From contig CBDVDV010000003.1 in assembly GCA_965372835.1 (NCBI GenBank), positions 71-64,070 on the forward strand: 64,000 bases of DNA, read 5' to 3'. A model generated the notes under the pieces. That model did no database searches. It worked only from the letters and a program-made list of their open reading frames with translations, and was not told where the DNA came from. Shown in pieces: positions 1-8,832 of the stretch (within the stretch, counting starts at the first letter, position 1; the number at the start of each line of letters is the position of its first letter). The DNA comes from an uncultured bacterium. GTDB lineage: Bacteria > Planctomycetota > DG-23 > CBDVDV01. Made by a program: the position numbers and the translations under genes.

Positions 1-628
1 TGCCGAAGCCGGTCACCTCGACGATCGGTTCGCCAACGAACCAGCGTAACACATCGAGGGGATGGACCCCACCACCGACCATCGGTATTTCGCGTTCAAG
101 GTACCAGTTCATCCCAAGGTCACGGTTGAACCGGTCGGCAGACGCCTGGTACCTCAAGTTATGGATGTAGTCCCCTTCCAGGTAGAAGAGCTCCCCCAGT
201 TCTCCTCTGTCTATGATCTCCTTGACCTGAGAGAATACGGGGTTGAAACGCAGTATCTGCCCGACCAGAACCTTTTGCTCTGGGAATCTTCGGACCACTG
301 CTATCATGGACTCAAGGTCCTCCAGAGAGTTCCCCATCGGTTTCTCGACAAAGACGTGCTTGCCAGCCTCGATGGCTTTGACGAAAGGCTCGGCGTGCAG
401 ATGGTCGGGGGTGTGAATGGAAATCGCGTCGATATTCTGGCACTCAACGATGCCGTAGTCCTGGAACTGATGGGGTACGTCAAAGCGCCTACCCACCCGT
501 GCGGTTTTCTCTTCCGACAGGTCACAGACGGCGAGTACCTGTGAACGTGGGTTCGCCTTGTGGGCTGCTATGTGGGCTTGCGCATTGCCCCCCAGGCCAA
601 TGAATCCCATCCTGACCACTTCCCTCAT
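1..628 (-). CDS. Gfo/Idh/MocA family NAD(P)-dependent oxidoreductase, N-terminal part (gene runs off the window start)
   Basis: My reverse-complement translation of 1-628 reads MREVVRMGFIGLGGNAQAHIAAHKANPRSQVLAVCDLSEEKTARVGRRF...VFVEKP..., the classic Rossmann GxGxxG N-terminus and EKP motif of Gfo/Idh/MocA enzymes. It is absent from the ORF track because there is no in-window stop, and the + strand ORF 62..544 is its antisense shadow. Confidence 0.7.
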   Translation of the reverse strand, partial: MREVVRMGFIGLGGNAQAHIAAHKANPRSQVLAVCDLSEEKTARVGRRFDVPHQFQDYGIVECQNIDAISIHTPDHLHAEPFVKAIEAGKHVFVEKPMGNSLEDLESMIAVVRRFPEQKVLVGQILRFNPVFSQVKEIIDRGELGELFYLEGDYIHNLRYQASADRFNRDLGMNWYLEREIPMVGGGVHPLDVLRWFVGEPIVEVTGFG

Positions 629-724
629 CGCCCTTTGTCCTCTTTAGAGAAGATATCGTTTAGCCGGCGAATCGGCGAGCTTACCGGCCTCGGTCCCAAG
701 ACAGGCGAGTCGGTGATAGAGGAA

Positions 725-1603
725 TCAACGAGTCTCGCTTCCCTCCACCTTCTCTTGCGAACCCTCCGTCTTGAGGGGGCCGATGCGCTGAGTGCCCACG
801 GCCAGCTCGTCAATCCACAGGGCCTGGGCGTGAGGCAGAAGGCCTGGACCAAAATATGGAGTCAGCAGGAACTGGTTGAACTTCATGTTGGGAAAGTCAA
901 CGGTGCGGAAGACGATATCGGTGTGCTCGACGACGAGTTTCCCGTCGAACCAACCTCGGATCTTACCATCGGGGTTCCACCTGCCCGTTGCCGTGTCCAC
1001 GGTATTCAGTTTGAACATGGCCTCGACGCAGTGCCACTTGCTGTCGTTGAAGAGGACCTGGCTGCTGTCGTAGAGTTTGCCGTTGTAGCCACCCCGCAGG
1101 GGGCCTTGGGTCAGGCCATGGGGCGAGTCCGCGTTTTGCATGTCGGTCGCGCCCAGTCGCAGTTTCCCGTTCACCGGCTCAATGTACAAGGTGAGGTGGC
1201 TGGAGGCCGGACCGTGGAACTTGGTATTCTCCGTAGTCATGAAGTGGGTCAGGTGAGGGTGCCAGTTCCGCCCGCTCCACCCCCAGTTCGGGGAGAATTT
1301 GATGTAGAAACGGAGGTAGACGGTGTCAGTTGGCTCGATCAGGTGCCTGAGACCCGAGGAAGCGACCTGGCCGCCACCCTTCTTCTTCCAGTGGTACTCG
1401 ATGCAGCCGTCACCGGCGTACGCCCCCTTCTTGATGAGGAACTTGTCGCCGTCGTACCAGCCCCGCTTGAGCAGGTTAGCATCGTCGAAACTTTCGCTGA
1501 AGAGGAGGCCGGGAACCTGGTCTTCAGCAGCCTCTACCCTCAAGACAAGCAAGCCGACGATGAGCAGTCCGCCTGCCAGCACTACCAACGAACCTATTCT
1601 CAT
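725..1603 (-). CDS. Secreted paralog family member (divergent; lacks the LPEGPGLAAKYPGD module) - last gene of the tandem array
   Basis: Signal peptide (MRIGSLVVLAGGLLIVGLLVL). Shares core motifs with neighbours (YLRFYIKF, HFMT, KWHCVEAMFKLNT, GWFDGKLV, LWIDELAVG..IGP). Start trimmed to the internal Met that precedes the hydrophobic signal. Confidence 0.65.
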   Translation of the reverse strand: MRIGSLVVLAGGLLIVGLLVLRVEAAEDQVPGLLFSESFDDANLLKRGWYDGDKFLIKKGAYAGDGCIEYHWKKKGGGQVASSGLRHLIEPTDTVYLRFYIKFSPNWGWSGRNWHPHLTHFMTTENTKFHGPASSHLTLYIEPVNGKLRLGATDMQNADSPHGLTQGPLRGGYNGKLYDSSQVLFNDSKWHCVEAMFKLNTVDTATGRWNPDGKIRGWFDGKLVVEHTDIVFRTVDFPNMKFNQFLLTPYFGPGLLPHAQALWIDELAVGTQRIGPLKTEGSQEKVEGSETR

Positions 1604-1666
1604 GGCCCTTCCCTCCTGCCTTGCAGACACGGAACTACTGCCCCGTTCACCTCCCAAAGAACGAAC

Positions 1667-2728
1667 CTACTTAGTCAGGGGCCCGATGTATTCCTTAGCC
1701 ACGACCACGTGGTCGAAGCAGACGCTGTTCTCCTTGGTATTCACCGCTGCGCCGAGCGAGTCCTTTTCGGTTCCGCTGAATGCGCCCTCCGACATGTAGT
1801 AGAGGAACCAGAACTTGTTGATCTGGACGCGCGGGTCGGTCCGCCAACGGATGCCTTCGAAGGGTCGGCTCCGCTGGTCCGTCGGATCGTTGCGGAAGGT
1901 GTCGCGCATCCAGTAGCCCTTCACGGCCCCGGGCATGAAGTTGCCGGCGAGTTCGCCGTCGATCCAGAAGGCCTGGCCGCCGTTAGGCTTGCCCACATCG
2001 TTCAACTTGACCATGAACTCCACGCACACCCACCGGTCACGCGGGACCACGTATGGCTTCACCGGCGTGAAGGAGTTCCCGTAGAATTTGGTTCCCCGCC
2101 CCTCGGGCGTTTCGTAACTGCGCATCTCGGGCCAGTAGGTGTAGAAATGCCAGATGCCGGGCGGGGCGAACCGCGTGCGGGGGTACTTGTTCGTGTCGGC
2201 CGCCGTCGGTTCGATGCCGGTGGTGAAGGAAGTGGTCGGTCGGCTGCCTGCGCCTCCCATGGGGTAGGGGGGTGGGTCGATGGCCCCCTGGAGTTTGATG
2301 AAGTGATGGAGGTAGCCGTGGTCGGCTGAGAACTTGACGTAGAAGCGGGCGAAGAGTTGCTCGTAGCCCGGCTTGAAGACCTTGAAGAGATGTGCGCCCT
2401 CGTTCTGGCCACGGGTGGCCGTCATCTGCAGTGACTTGCCGCCCGGGCTCATATCGGGGATGTCGTCGACGAACGCTAAGCCCTCCGGGTTCTTGGCCTC
2501 GTTCCAGCGCTTGCGCACCGCGTCCAGGCTGTCCTCGTCGAAGTTCTCGACGAAGACTACGATCTCGTCGCCTTCTATGCCCTTGTCGCCGGGGTACTTG
2601 GCAGATAGGCCTGGGCCCTCGGGGAGATCGGCCGCTTTGGCCGCGCTTCCCTCCTGAGCGGAACTTGCGGTCGTAAGGAGTCCTAACAGACACGTACCGG
2701 CGAAGAGTGCTACACACATCAATTTCAC
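1667..2728 (-). CDS. Secreted paralog family member (conserved N-terminal LPEGPGLSAKYPGDKGIEGD module; beta-rich Tyr/His/Arg-rich core, possible polysaccharide-lyase-like fold)
   Basis: Signal peptide ending SSAQEGSA, then LPEGPGLSAKYPGDKGIEGDEIVVFVENF. Core motifs YARFYVKF..HH, FYTYWPEM, RWVCVEFMVKLN, FWIDGEL, YIGP shared with 10 neighbours. Confidence 0.8.
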   Translation of the reverse strand: MKLMCVALFAGTCLLGLLTTASSAQEGSAAKAADLPEGPGLSAKYPGDKGIEGDEIVVFVENFDEDSLDAVRKRWNEAKNPEGLAFVDDIPDMSPGGKSLQMTATRGQNEGAHLFKVFKPGYEQLFARFYVKFSADHGYLHHFIKLQGAIDPPPYPMGGAGSRPTTSFTTGIEPTAADTNKYPRTRFAPPGIWHFYTYWPEMRSYETPEGRGTKFYGNSFTPVKPYVVPRDRWVCVEFMVKLNDVGKPNGGQAFWIDGELAGNFMPGAVKGYWMRDTFRNDPTDQRSRPFEGIRWRTDPRVQINKFWFLYYMSEGAFSGTEKDSLGAAVNTKENSVCFDHVVVAKEYIGPLTK

Positions 2729-2765
2729 GCCCTTTCCTCCTTATGTCGATGTCCCACAAGAGCGA

Positions 2766-3749
2766 TCAGTCTGTCCTTGCCGAACCCTTAGCCGTTGCCG
2801 GCGCCAAGGGCCCGATGTAGTCGGTGGCCACAACGACGTCGTCGAACCACACTCGATTGAACCGCCCGTTGGGGTAGTAGCGTTTGGTCTCGAAGGGTGC
2901 GCCGGCCCCGATTCCGATGTGGTGCTCCAGCCAGAGCTTGTTGATCTTGAGTTCGTCGGTGCTTCGCCAGCGGAAACCCCTGAACCGGCCGGTCAGCTTC
3001 CCGTCAATCCAGAAGGCTTGCTCGCCGTCGGCCTTCTCGGGCGAGGAGTTCGCCTTGATCAGAAACTCGGCGCATATCCAGCGGTCACGGGGGATCAGCA
3101 CCGGTGGCTTGGGAGTGAAACTGTTCCCCCAGTACTTGTTCATCTTGGGGTCGATCTTCATCTCCTGCCAGTAGGTGTAGAAGTTCCACTGACCCGGTGG
3201 CGGCACCTGGGCCTTCCAGTCGCCCTTGGGTTCCAGGCCGGTGGAGAAGCGTTTGTCGCCGGCCGGTCGCGTGCCTGCCTGTGGGTTGGGCCACGGCGCG
3301 CCGGTTCGTTCAGCCTCCAGCCACACGAAGTGATGGATGTAGCCGGCCTCCCGGTGGAACTTGACGTAGAACCGACAGTACATCTGGTCAGCGCCGGGTT
3401 TGAACACCGTGTAGAGGTGCCCGCCTTTGTTCTGTCCCAGGGTCGCCGTCATCTGCAACGAGCGCCGGCCCGCAGTGCCTGCAGGCACGTCCTCGACCAA
3501 CTGCATGACCTTGCCGTCCTTGTTGCTGATGCTGCCCCACCGCTGACCAATGTCCTTGACGGTGCCCGTCTCGAAGTTCTCGACAAAGACCACGGCCTCG
3601 TCGCCTTCTATGCCTTTGTCACCGGGGTACCTGGCGGCTAGGCCCGGGCCCTCAGGCAGATGCCCCGGTGGCATAGTTTCCACCTGCGCGAAGGTGGCCT
3701 GAGCCACGAGGGACACCAGAAACGCCATTCCCAGTGTGCTTACGAGCAT
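2766..3749 (-). CDS. Secreted paralog family member (LPEGPGLAARYPGDKGIEGD module)
   Basis: Paralog motifs (CRFYVKFH..HHF, FYTYWQEM, RWICAEFLIKAN, FWIDGKL, YIGP). Start moved to internal Met (MLVSTLGMAFLVSLVAQA signal peptide), which removes the 70-nt overlap with the upstream gene. Confidence 0.75.
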   Translation of the reverse strand: MLVSTLGMAFLVSLVAQATFAQVETMPPGHLPEGPGLAARYPGDKGIEGDEAVVFVENFETGTVKDIGQRWGSISNKDGKVMQLVEDVPAGTAGRRSLQMTATLGQNKGGHLYTVFKPGADQMYCRFYVKFHREAGYIHHFVWLEAERTGAPWPNPQAGTRPAGDKRFSTGLEPKGDWKAQVPPPGQWNFYTYWQEMKIDPKMNKYWGNSFTPKPPVLIPRDRWICAEFLIKANSSPEKADGEQAFWIDGKLTGRFRGFRWRSTDELKINKLWLEHHIGIGAGAPFETKRYYPNGRFNRVWFDDVVVATDYIGPLAPATAKGSARTD

Positions 3750-3792
3750 CCTTCTCACTTCCTCTCCTCCTACCAGTGTCTCGGCCTCCCGG

Positions 3793-4737
3793 TCACTGTG
3801 CCTTCGCGCCCGGACCCTCCCCGGCAACGGGCACTGTGGGGCCGATGTACTGGGTAGCCACAACGACGTCGTCGTACCAGACCGTGCGACTTTCTTCTCT
3901 CCCGGACCCTCTGTAGTTAGACCACTCCAGATAGAGCGAGAGCTGCACCTGGTTGACCTTCAGGCTCTCCGCGCTGCGCCAGTTTATCTCTCGAAACTCG
4001 CCGCACTTGACGCCGTTCACCCAGCAGTCCAGCTCTCCGTCGGGCTCACCGGGGCTGTTCACTTTCACCCGCCACTCGATGCAGGTCCACTTGCCCAAGC
4101 CGGGCACTTGGGGCGGGTCGGGTTGGAAAAGGTTGCCCCAGTAGTTGCCTCGCCCGTCCGGCTTCATCTTCCACCAGTAGGCGTAGAACATCAGGGCCCC
4201 CGGTGGCTTGTACCTTTCCCGCCTTCCGATGGGCTCAAGGGTGTTCCAGAAGTACGTGTCCCCCTTGGGCGCCCGCCCGGCGTGCCCACCGGGACCGAAG
4301 CTGTCCTCCCTGGCCGAGGCGCAGAAACCGCTCCCACCGTGATGCAGATATCCGAAGTCATTACCGTAGCGGACGTAACACCTCATATAGAGTTCATCCT
4401 GTCCGGGGGTCCGCTTCCAGAACCCCGCGTTGGTGTTTCGCCCCTGCTTGACGACGAATCTAGCAGACTGCTTGCTGCGGGCAATCTCCGGATCGGTCTC
4501 TGCCTCCACGTACCGGCCCCCCGTCACTTGGTCCCACTTGCTGCCGGGCTTGCCGACCTCGAAGTCGTCGTGAAAGAGGACCGTGGGATCCTTCTCGATG
4601 CCAACATCGCCGGGGTATTTGGCCGCCAGCCCCGGACCTTCGGGCAGAGGCACGCTCTTCCCGGCACTTCCCTCCTGGGCGAAGATCACAACAACCAGGA
4701 ACGTGAGCACCAGCAGCAACCCAACCGTCATCTTCAC
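3793..4737 (-). CDS. Secreted paralog family member (LPEGPGLAAKYPGDVGIEKD module)
   Basis: Signal peptide ending IFAQEGSA. Motifs YMRCYVRY..HH, FYAYWWKM, KWTCIEWRVKVN, CWVNGVK, WYDDVVVATQYIGP. Confidence 0.8.
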   Translation of the reverse strand: MKMTVGLLLVLTFLVVVIFAQEGSAGKSVPLPEGPGLAAKYPGDVGIEKDPTVLFHDDFEVGKPGSKWDQVTGGRYVEAETDPEIARSKQSARFVVKQGRNTNAGFWKRTPGQDELYMRCYVRYGNDFGYLHHGGSGFCASAREDSFGPGGHAGRAPKGDTYFWNTLEPIGRRERYKPPGALMFYAYWWKMKPDGRGNYWGNLFQPDPPQVPGLGKWTCIEWRVKVNSPGEPDGELDCWVNGVKCGEFREINWRSAESLKVNQVQLSLYLEWSNYRGSGREESRTVWYDDVVVATQYIGPTVPVAGEGPGAKAQ

Positions 4738-4784
4738 GCCCTCTCCTCCTTTTCGCTCCTGGGGAACTCGGCCGCCTATTGCCT

Positions 4785-5741
4785 TTAGCGTGGCTCTCCG
4801 GTGCTGGCTCGCACCATCGGTCCAATGTATTCGGTGGCGATGACGATGTCATCAAACCACTGGCGACGAGGTGACTGGTCGGCTTGCCAAGACCGCCCAG
4901 CCTTGTTCATATAGTGGTGCAGGTGCACGGAGTTCAGTTTGAGGTCGTTCGTGGTGCGCCAGTTGAAGCCGGTGCCGTGGTAGCGGAGTTCGCCGTCGAC
5001 CCAGTAGGCGCACTCTCCGTCGCGGGCACCGGGAGCCGAGTTCGCCTTGAACATCGTCTCGCAAGAAATCCATCGGTCCTTCTCCACACGAGTTGGCGGG
5101 TCGCTCTGGAATACGTTTCCCCACCGGCCCTTCATCTCGTGCCAGTAGACGTAGAGGCACCAGAAGCCGGGCGTGGATGAACGGTCACCCGGCTCCGGCT
5201 CGAGCATCCCTCCGAAGCGAGCATCTCCGGTGGGCACGATACCGGCTCGGCCGACGGGCCAGGGAAGCGTTTCCTTCCTCGCGCCCAACGAGAGGCCCGT
5301 GTGCGACTCGTTGGGGTAGTCCTCATCGAACTTGATGTAGAAACGACCGTACAGGCGGTCGTAGCCGGGCTTGAGGCGAGCGAACAGATTTCCGCTCTCC
5401 CGGCTGGTTCCTGTGACCAGGATTTCCAGGGCGTGTTTGCCCGAGTGGACATGAGCGGGGTCGGAAACGATGTCAAGCGTTTTGTCATCTCCCTTGGCCC
5501 CGGCGATGCTGGTCCAGCGGGCGCCCGTAGTGGTCTTGTCTGAACGGGCCCGGGCCAGAGCCTCCAGGCTGCCTCCCTCGAAGTTCTCGACGATGATGAC
5601 GGCCGGGTCGCTCTGGAGACCTGCGTCCCCAGGGTACTTAGCGGAAAGTCCGGGGCCTTCGGGAAGCCCGGAGGCAAGGATCCCGTTCGCCAGCACCAGA
5701 GCGAATGCCAGCCCGCCGATGAGTACCGTCCAATACCGCAT
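4785..5741 (-). CDS. Secreted paralog family member (LPEGPGLSAKYPGDAGLQSD module)
   Basis: Signal peptide, then the conserved N-module. Motifs YGRFYIKF, WCLYVYWHEM, RWISCETMFKAN, YWVDGEL, WFDDIVIATEYIGP. Confidence 0.8.
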   Translation of the reverse strand: MRYWTVLIGGLAFALVLANGILASGLPEGPGLSAKYPGDAGLQSDPAVIIVENFEGGSLEALARARSDKTTTGARWTSIAGAKGDDKTLDIVSDPAHVHSGKHALEILVTGTSRESGNLFARLKPGYDRLYGRFYIKFDEDYPNESHTGLSLGARKETLPWPVGRAGIVPTGDARFGGMLEPEPGDRSSTPGFWCLYVYWHEMKGRWGNVFQSDPPTRVEKDRWISCETMFKANSAPGARDGECAYWVDGELRYHGTGFNWRTTNDLKLNSVHLHHYMNKAGRSWQADQSPRRQWFDDIVIATEYIGPMVRASTGEPR

Positions 5742-5769
5742 GTGTTGTCCTTTCCCGAAACGGTTCTGT

Positions 5770-6636
5770 CTACTTCGTCTTCACGGGTGTGCTCGGAGCC
5801 ATGGGGCCGATGTATTCGGTGGCCACCACCAGGTTGTCGTAGAAGCAGCGGTTGAGACCCGTGTCGTTCTTGTGAAGGTAGAGCATGAGGATGACTTTGT
5901 TGATCCGGAGTTCGGCGACGTCCCTCAGGTGCAGGTTCGTCCACTGGCCGACCCGCTTGCCGTCGACCCAGAGGGCCATTTCACCGTCACGCTTCCCGGG
6001 CGTATTGGCGTTCTGCATAACCTCCACACAATACCACCGACCCGGCTGCATTCTCACGTCGGTGCCAAAGTGGTCGCCCCACTGCGACTTCTGCTCCGGG
6101 TGGTAGACGTACAGGGCCATGCCCTGGTGTGGGCGGTCGATGATGGCACAGAACTTGTTTGTGCCGTCGGCCCGCCGACCCGCGTCACCCGGAACCGACA
6201 CGCCCGGCTTCGCCGCCGAGATGCCCCAGCCGTGCATCTTGGTGACCGTCCAGTCATCGGCCAGCTTCCAGTATACGCGGGCGTGAACCTTGTCGTACCC
6301 GGGCTTGAGCCACTTGTAGATGTGTCCGCCGCTGTCGTCCTTGGGCACGGCCCACTCCATCGCGAAGCGGCCTTGGTAAACATTGGCTTGGTCGCTGGTG
6401 AGTGTGACCCGGTCGCGCTTGTGGCCGCCTTCCCAGTTGTCCAGACTCCCGGACTCGAAGTTCTCGACGAAGATGACGGCCTCGTCCTGCTCGATCCCGA
6501 CGTCGCCTGGGTACCGGGAGGCGATGCCTGCTGGCGGCTCCGATTCGGCGAAACCCACCTGGGCCAGGGCCAGCCCGGCAATCAGTGCAACTGAAATGAT
6601 AACGGGGACCACAGTTCTTGCTCCGTTCTTCCTCAT
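5770..6636 (-). CDS. Secreted paralog family member (shortened N-module: AGIASRYPGDVGIEQD)
   Basis: Signal peptide. Motifs VYWKLADDW, RWYCVEVMQNANTPG, LWVDGKRVG, YDNLVVATEYIGP. Confidence 0.8.
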   Translation of the reverse strand: MRKNGARTVVPVIISVALIAGLALAQVGFAESEPPAGIASRYPGDVGIEQDEAVIFVENFESGSLDNWEGGHKRDRVTLTSDQANVYQGRFAMEWAVPKDDSGGHIYKWLKPGYDKVHARVYWKLADDWTVTKMHGWGISAAKPGVSVPGDAGRRADGTNKFCAIIDRPHQGMALYVYHPEQKSQWGDHFGTDVRMQPGRWYCVEVMQNANTPGKRDGEMALWVDGKRVGQWTNLHLRDVAELRINKVILMLYLHKNDTGLNRCFYDNLVVATEYIGPMAPSTPVKTK

Positions 6637-6646
6637 CGGACTGCGA

Positions 6647-7663
6647 TCACGGGCGCTTCACTCCAGCGCCCGCTGTCGGGCGAGCCGCCTGGGGACCAAT
6701 GTATTCGGTGGCCAGGACGACGTCGTCGTACCACATTCGGCTGACCGGTGCCACGCCTTCGCCCTGAGAGACGTACAGGCCCATCGAGTAGCAGTTGATC
6801 TTCACGTCCTCCCGTGTCCGCCAGTTGTAGCCTTCGAAGGGCCCCTTGGGTGGATCGTTGAACCAGCGGTCGCGGAGCCAGTAGCCCTTGGGTACCCCGG
6901 GCCCAAAGTGGGCGACGAGGCTGCCGTCAATCCAGGCGGCCTGCTCACCGTCGTACTTGCCGGGGGTGTTTGCCTTGAGCATGACCTCCATGCCGACCCA
7001 CCGGCCTTTCTCGACAGGCTGAGGTTCAAAGGGGGAGAAGTTGTTGCCCCAGGTGGTCTCACCCACGCCCTCCGGGGTCTCGTGACTGTGCATCTCGGGC
7101 CAGTAGGTGTAGAAGTGCCAGACCCCGGGCATGGGCACCCCCTTCGACCGTACCGGCTCAAAGGTGGTCCAGAAGGCATCGATGGGACGCTTGCCGGCGC
7201 CGCCTCCCTTGGTCCAGCCCCACTTGTCGTTGGTGCGCTGGGCGATGGGGGTGCTGAAGACGTGGCTGGTCTTGCCGATGTCCTCGGCGAACTTGACGTA
7301 CCAGCGGACGAAGACGGTGTCGTGACCGGGCATGAACCAGGTCTTGGCGGTGGCGTCCTTCACCTCCTGGTCACACACGAACTCGCAGGCGTATTTGCCG
7401 CTGTGGACGTTGGTAGGTTCCTTCGCGAAGATGATGTTCTTGCCGCCTCTCACGTCCTCCCAGCGGCTCCGGTCAAGTTCGCCGGCCTCGAAGTTCTCGA
7501 CGAAGATGACGGCCGGGTCCTTCTCGAGGCCGGCGTCCCCAGGATACTTCGCGGCCAACCCGGCGCCTTGGGGGAGTAGGGGAGGGGTGTCTCCCTGAGC
7601 CAACGTCGCCTCAGTGAGCATGAGAAGAGCACCAACCATGAGCACTGGCAGAACGTGATCCAT
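6647..7663 (-). CDS. Secreted paralog family member (LPQGAGLAAKYPGDAGLEKD module)
   Basis: Signal peptide ending ATLAQG. Motifs VRWYVKF, FYTYWPEM, RWVGMEVMLKANTPG, AWIDGSL, WYDDVVLATEYIGP. The otherwise conserved Cys in the RW-C-E motif is replaced by Gly here. Confidence 0.8.
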   Translation of the reverse strand: MDHVLPVLMVGALLMLTEATLAQGDTPPLLPQGAGLAAKYPGDAGLEKDPAVIFVENFEAGELDRSRWEDVRGGKNIIFAKEPTNVHSGKYACEFVCDQEVKDATAKTWFMPGHDTVFVRWYVKFAEDIGKTSHVFSTPIAQRTNDKWGWTKGGGAGKRPIDAFWTTFEPVRSKGVPMPGVWHFYTYWPEMHSHETPEGVGETTWGNNFSPFEPQPVEKGRWVGMEVMLKANTPGKYDGEQAAWIDGSLVAHFGPGVPKGYWLRDRWFNDPPKGPFEGYNWRTREDVKINCYSMGLYVSQGEGVAPVSRMWYDDVVLATEYIGPQAARPTAGAGVKRP

Positions 7664-7698
7664 TGTTCCTGTTCTCCGGCAAGGGTGCTGGGACTGAA

Positions 7699-8799
7699 TC
7701 AGCCCTCTCCTTCATCGATCTTCTGCAAGCGGTCACGGGAAGACCGACCGATCCACGTTGTCCCGAAATGCTGGGCCAGTTTTTCAAAGCGGCTCCTGGC
7801 TTCTTCGACCCGGCCTTCACCGAGCCACTTGTCCGCTTCGTAGAATGCATCAGCCCCGGTCGTGAACACCTCCGCTCCCAAGGCTGCTGCTTCTTCGCCC
7901 GAAGGAACGTAGATGTCTTTCAGCTTCTCGAGAATAGGCGGGTTATCGTCCAGCAGGATGCCGTAAGCCCCCGGGACGCGCTCGCGGAAGAGTCGGGCGC
8001 GGAAATCGGGCGTGACGCCACCGTGGGCGTCGCCGGCGTCGCGACCCGAGGTGGGGTCGATGTCTGCGGTGAGGATGCCTTCCGGGTCGCTTCGACCGTC
8101 GGCAAGCACCTCGGCCTTGGGGTTGATGATGAGGCTGTTGCCGCCTCGGAAAGCCACCACGACGTAGACGTAGTTGTCGGCGGCGCGTGCTCTGAAGCAC
8201 GCTAGGCTGGCCTCCCGACCGGCGGACGACGCTCCCCCCATAGTCAGATGAAAAACGATGTCGGCGCCAGCAAGCGCCAGGGCCCGGGTGGTCTCCGGGA
8301 ACACCATGTCGTAGCAGATGCACATGCCTATGGTGCCGATACCGGGGGCCTGGAAGACCGGGAAGCCCTCGCCCCGGGTACGGGCCTGCTCGTGCAGGGG
8401 AAGTTGAACCTTGCGGTACCGACCGATTTCCTTGCCGTCTTTGCCGATGAGGATGGCGGTGTTGTGCACCTTGTCGTCGGTCGCACAGTCGTTACAGACG
8501 ATGATGTACATCCCACGTGTGTTGGCGATCTCACCGAAGCGGCCCAGCATGGCCTCCTCGGCGGGGAGCAGGAGTTTCTCGACCTCGTTCCAGTGTCCAG
8601 CCTCCCATTCGATGGTCCCGAGCGTGTCCTCAGGGAAGGCGGCGATGTCACAGCCCATCTCGGCGGCCTCTTCGGCCAGGGCTGTCAACTGGTCCAGGTT
8701 TTCGTTGACTTGTTTCAGGGCTTCATCGGCTGTGGGCACTTTGTAGGAGATGGTTCGGCGTTTGGTCTGGACCGCGCCGACCCGCACAGTGTTGGCCAT
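7699..8799 (-). CDS. Carbon-nitrogen hydrolase (nitrilase/amidase superfamily) embedded in the paralog array
   Basis: The N-terminal portion of the frame has no signal peptide. It contains a CN-hydrolase-type catalytic Cys motif (GMCICYD) and an EKC-type fold signature. Co-directional with and tightly spaced between array genes. Confidence 0.7.
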   Translation of the reverse strand: MANTVRVGAVQTKRRTISYKVPTADEALKQVNENLDQLTALAEEAAEMGCDIAAFPEDTLGTIEWEAGHWNEVEKLLLPAEEAMLGRFGEIANTRGMYIIVCNDCATDDKVHNTAILIGKDGKEIGRYRKVQLPLHEQARTRGEGFPVFQAPGIGTIGMCICYDMVFPETTRALALAGADIVFHLTMGGASSAGREASLACFRARAADNYVYVVVAFRGGNSLIINPKAEVLADGRSDPEGILTADIDPTSGRDAGDAHGGVTPDFRARLFRERVPGAYGILLDDNPPILEKLKDIYVPSGEEAAALGAEVFTTGADAFYEADKWLGEGRVEEARSRFEKLAQHFGTTWIGRSSRDRLQKIDEGEG

Positions 8800-8832
8800 T
8801 GTTCTATCCTGTCCTTTCTTACTAGTTCCGTG

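Noticed and set aside
62-544. Track ORF 62..544 (+) 160 aa at the window start.
   Set aside because: Its reverse complement translates into a clean Gfo/Idh/MocA oxidoreductase N-terminus (MREVVRMGFIGLGG...EKPM). The + strand ORF is the antisense shadow.
560-2329. Very long + strand ORF (589 aa) and similar long ORFs antisense to real genes. Examples are 2037..2759, 2919..3641, 3736..4788, 5132..5944, 5470..6594, 6383..7579, 8248..9579, 10957..11868, 11927..12811, 19296..20321, 22424..23161, 23944..24936, 25939..27657, 35843..37009, 55058..56710, 56788..57912 and 60926..62209.
   Set aside because: They lie opposite genes with strong family signatures. They have Arg/Pro/Gly/Ala-rich low-complexity translations typical of stop-codon-poor antisense frames in about 65% GC DNA, and they lack any recognisable motifs.
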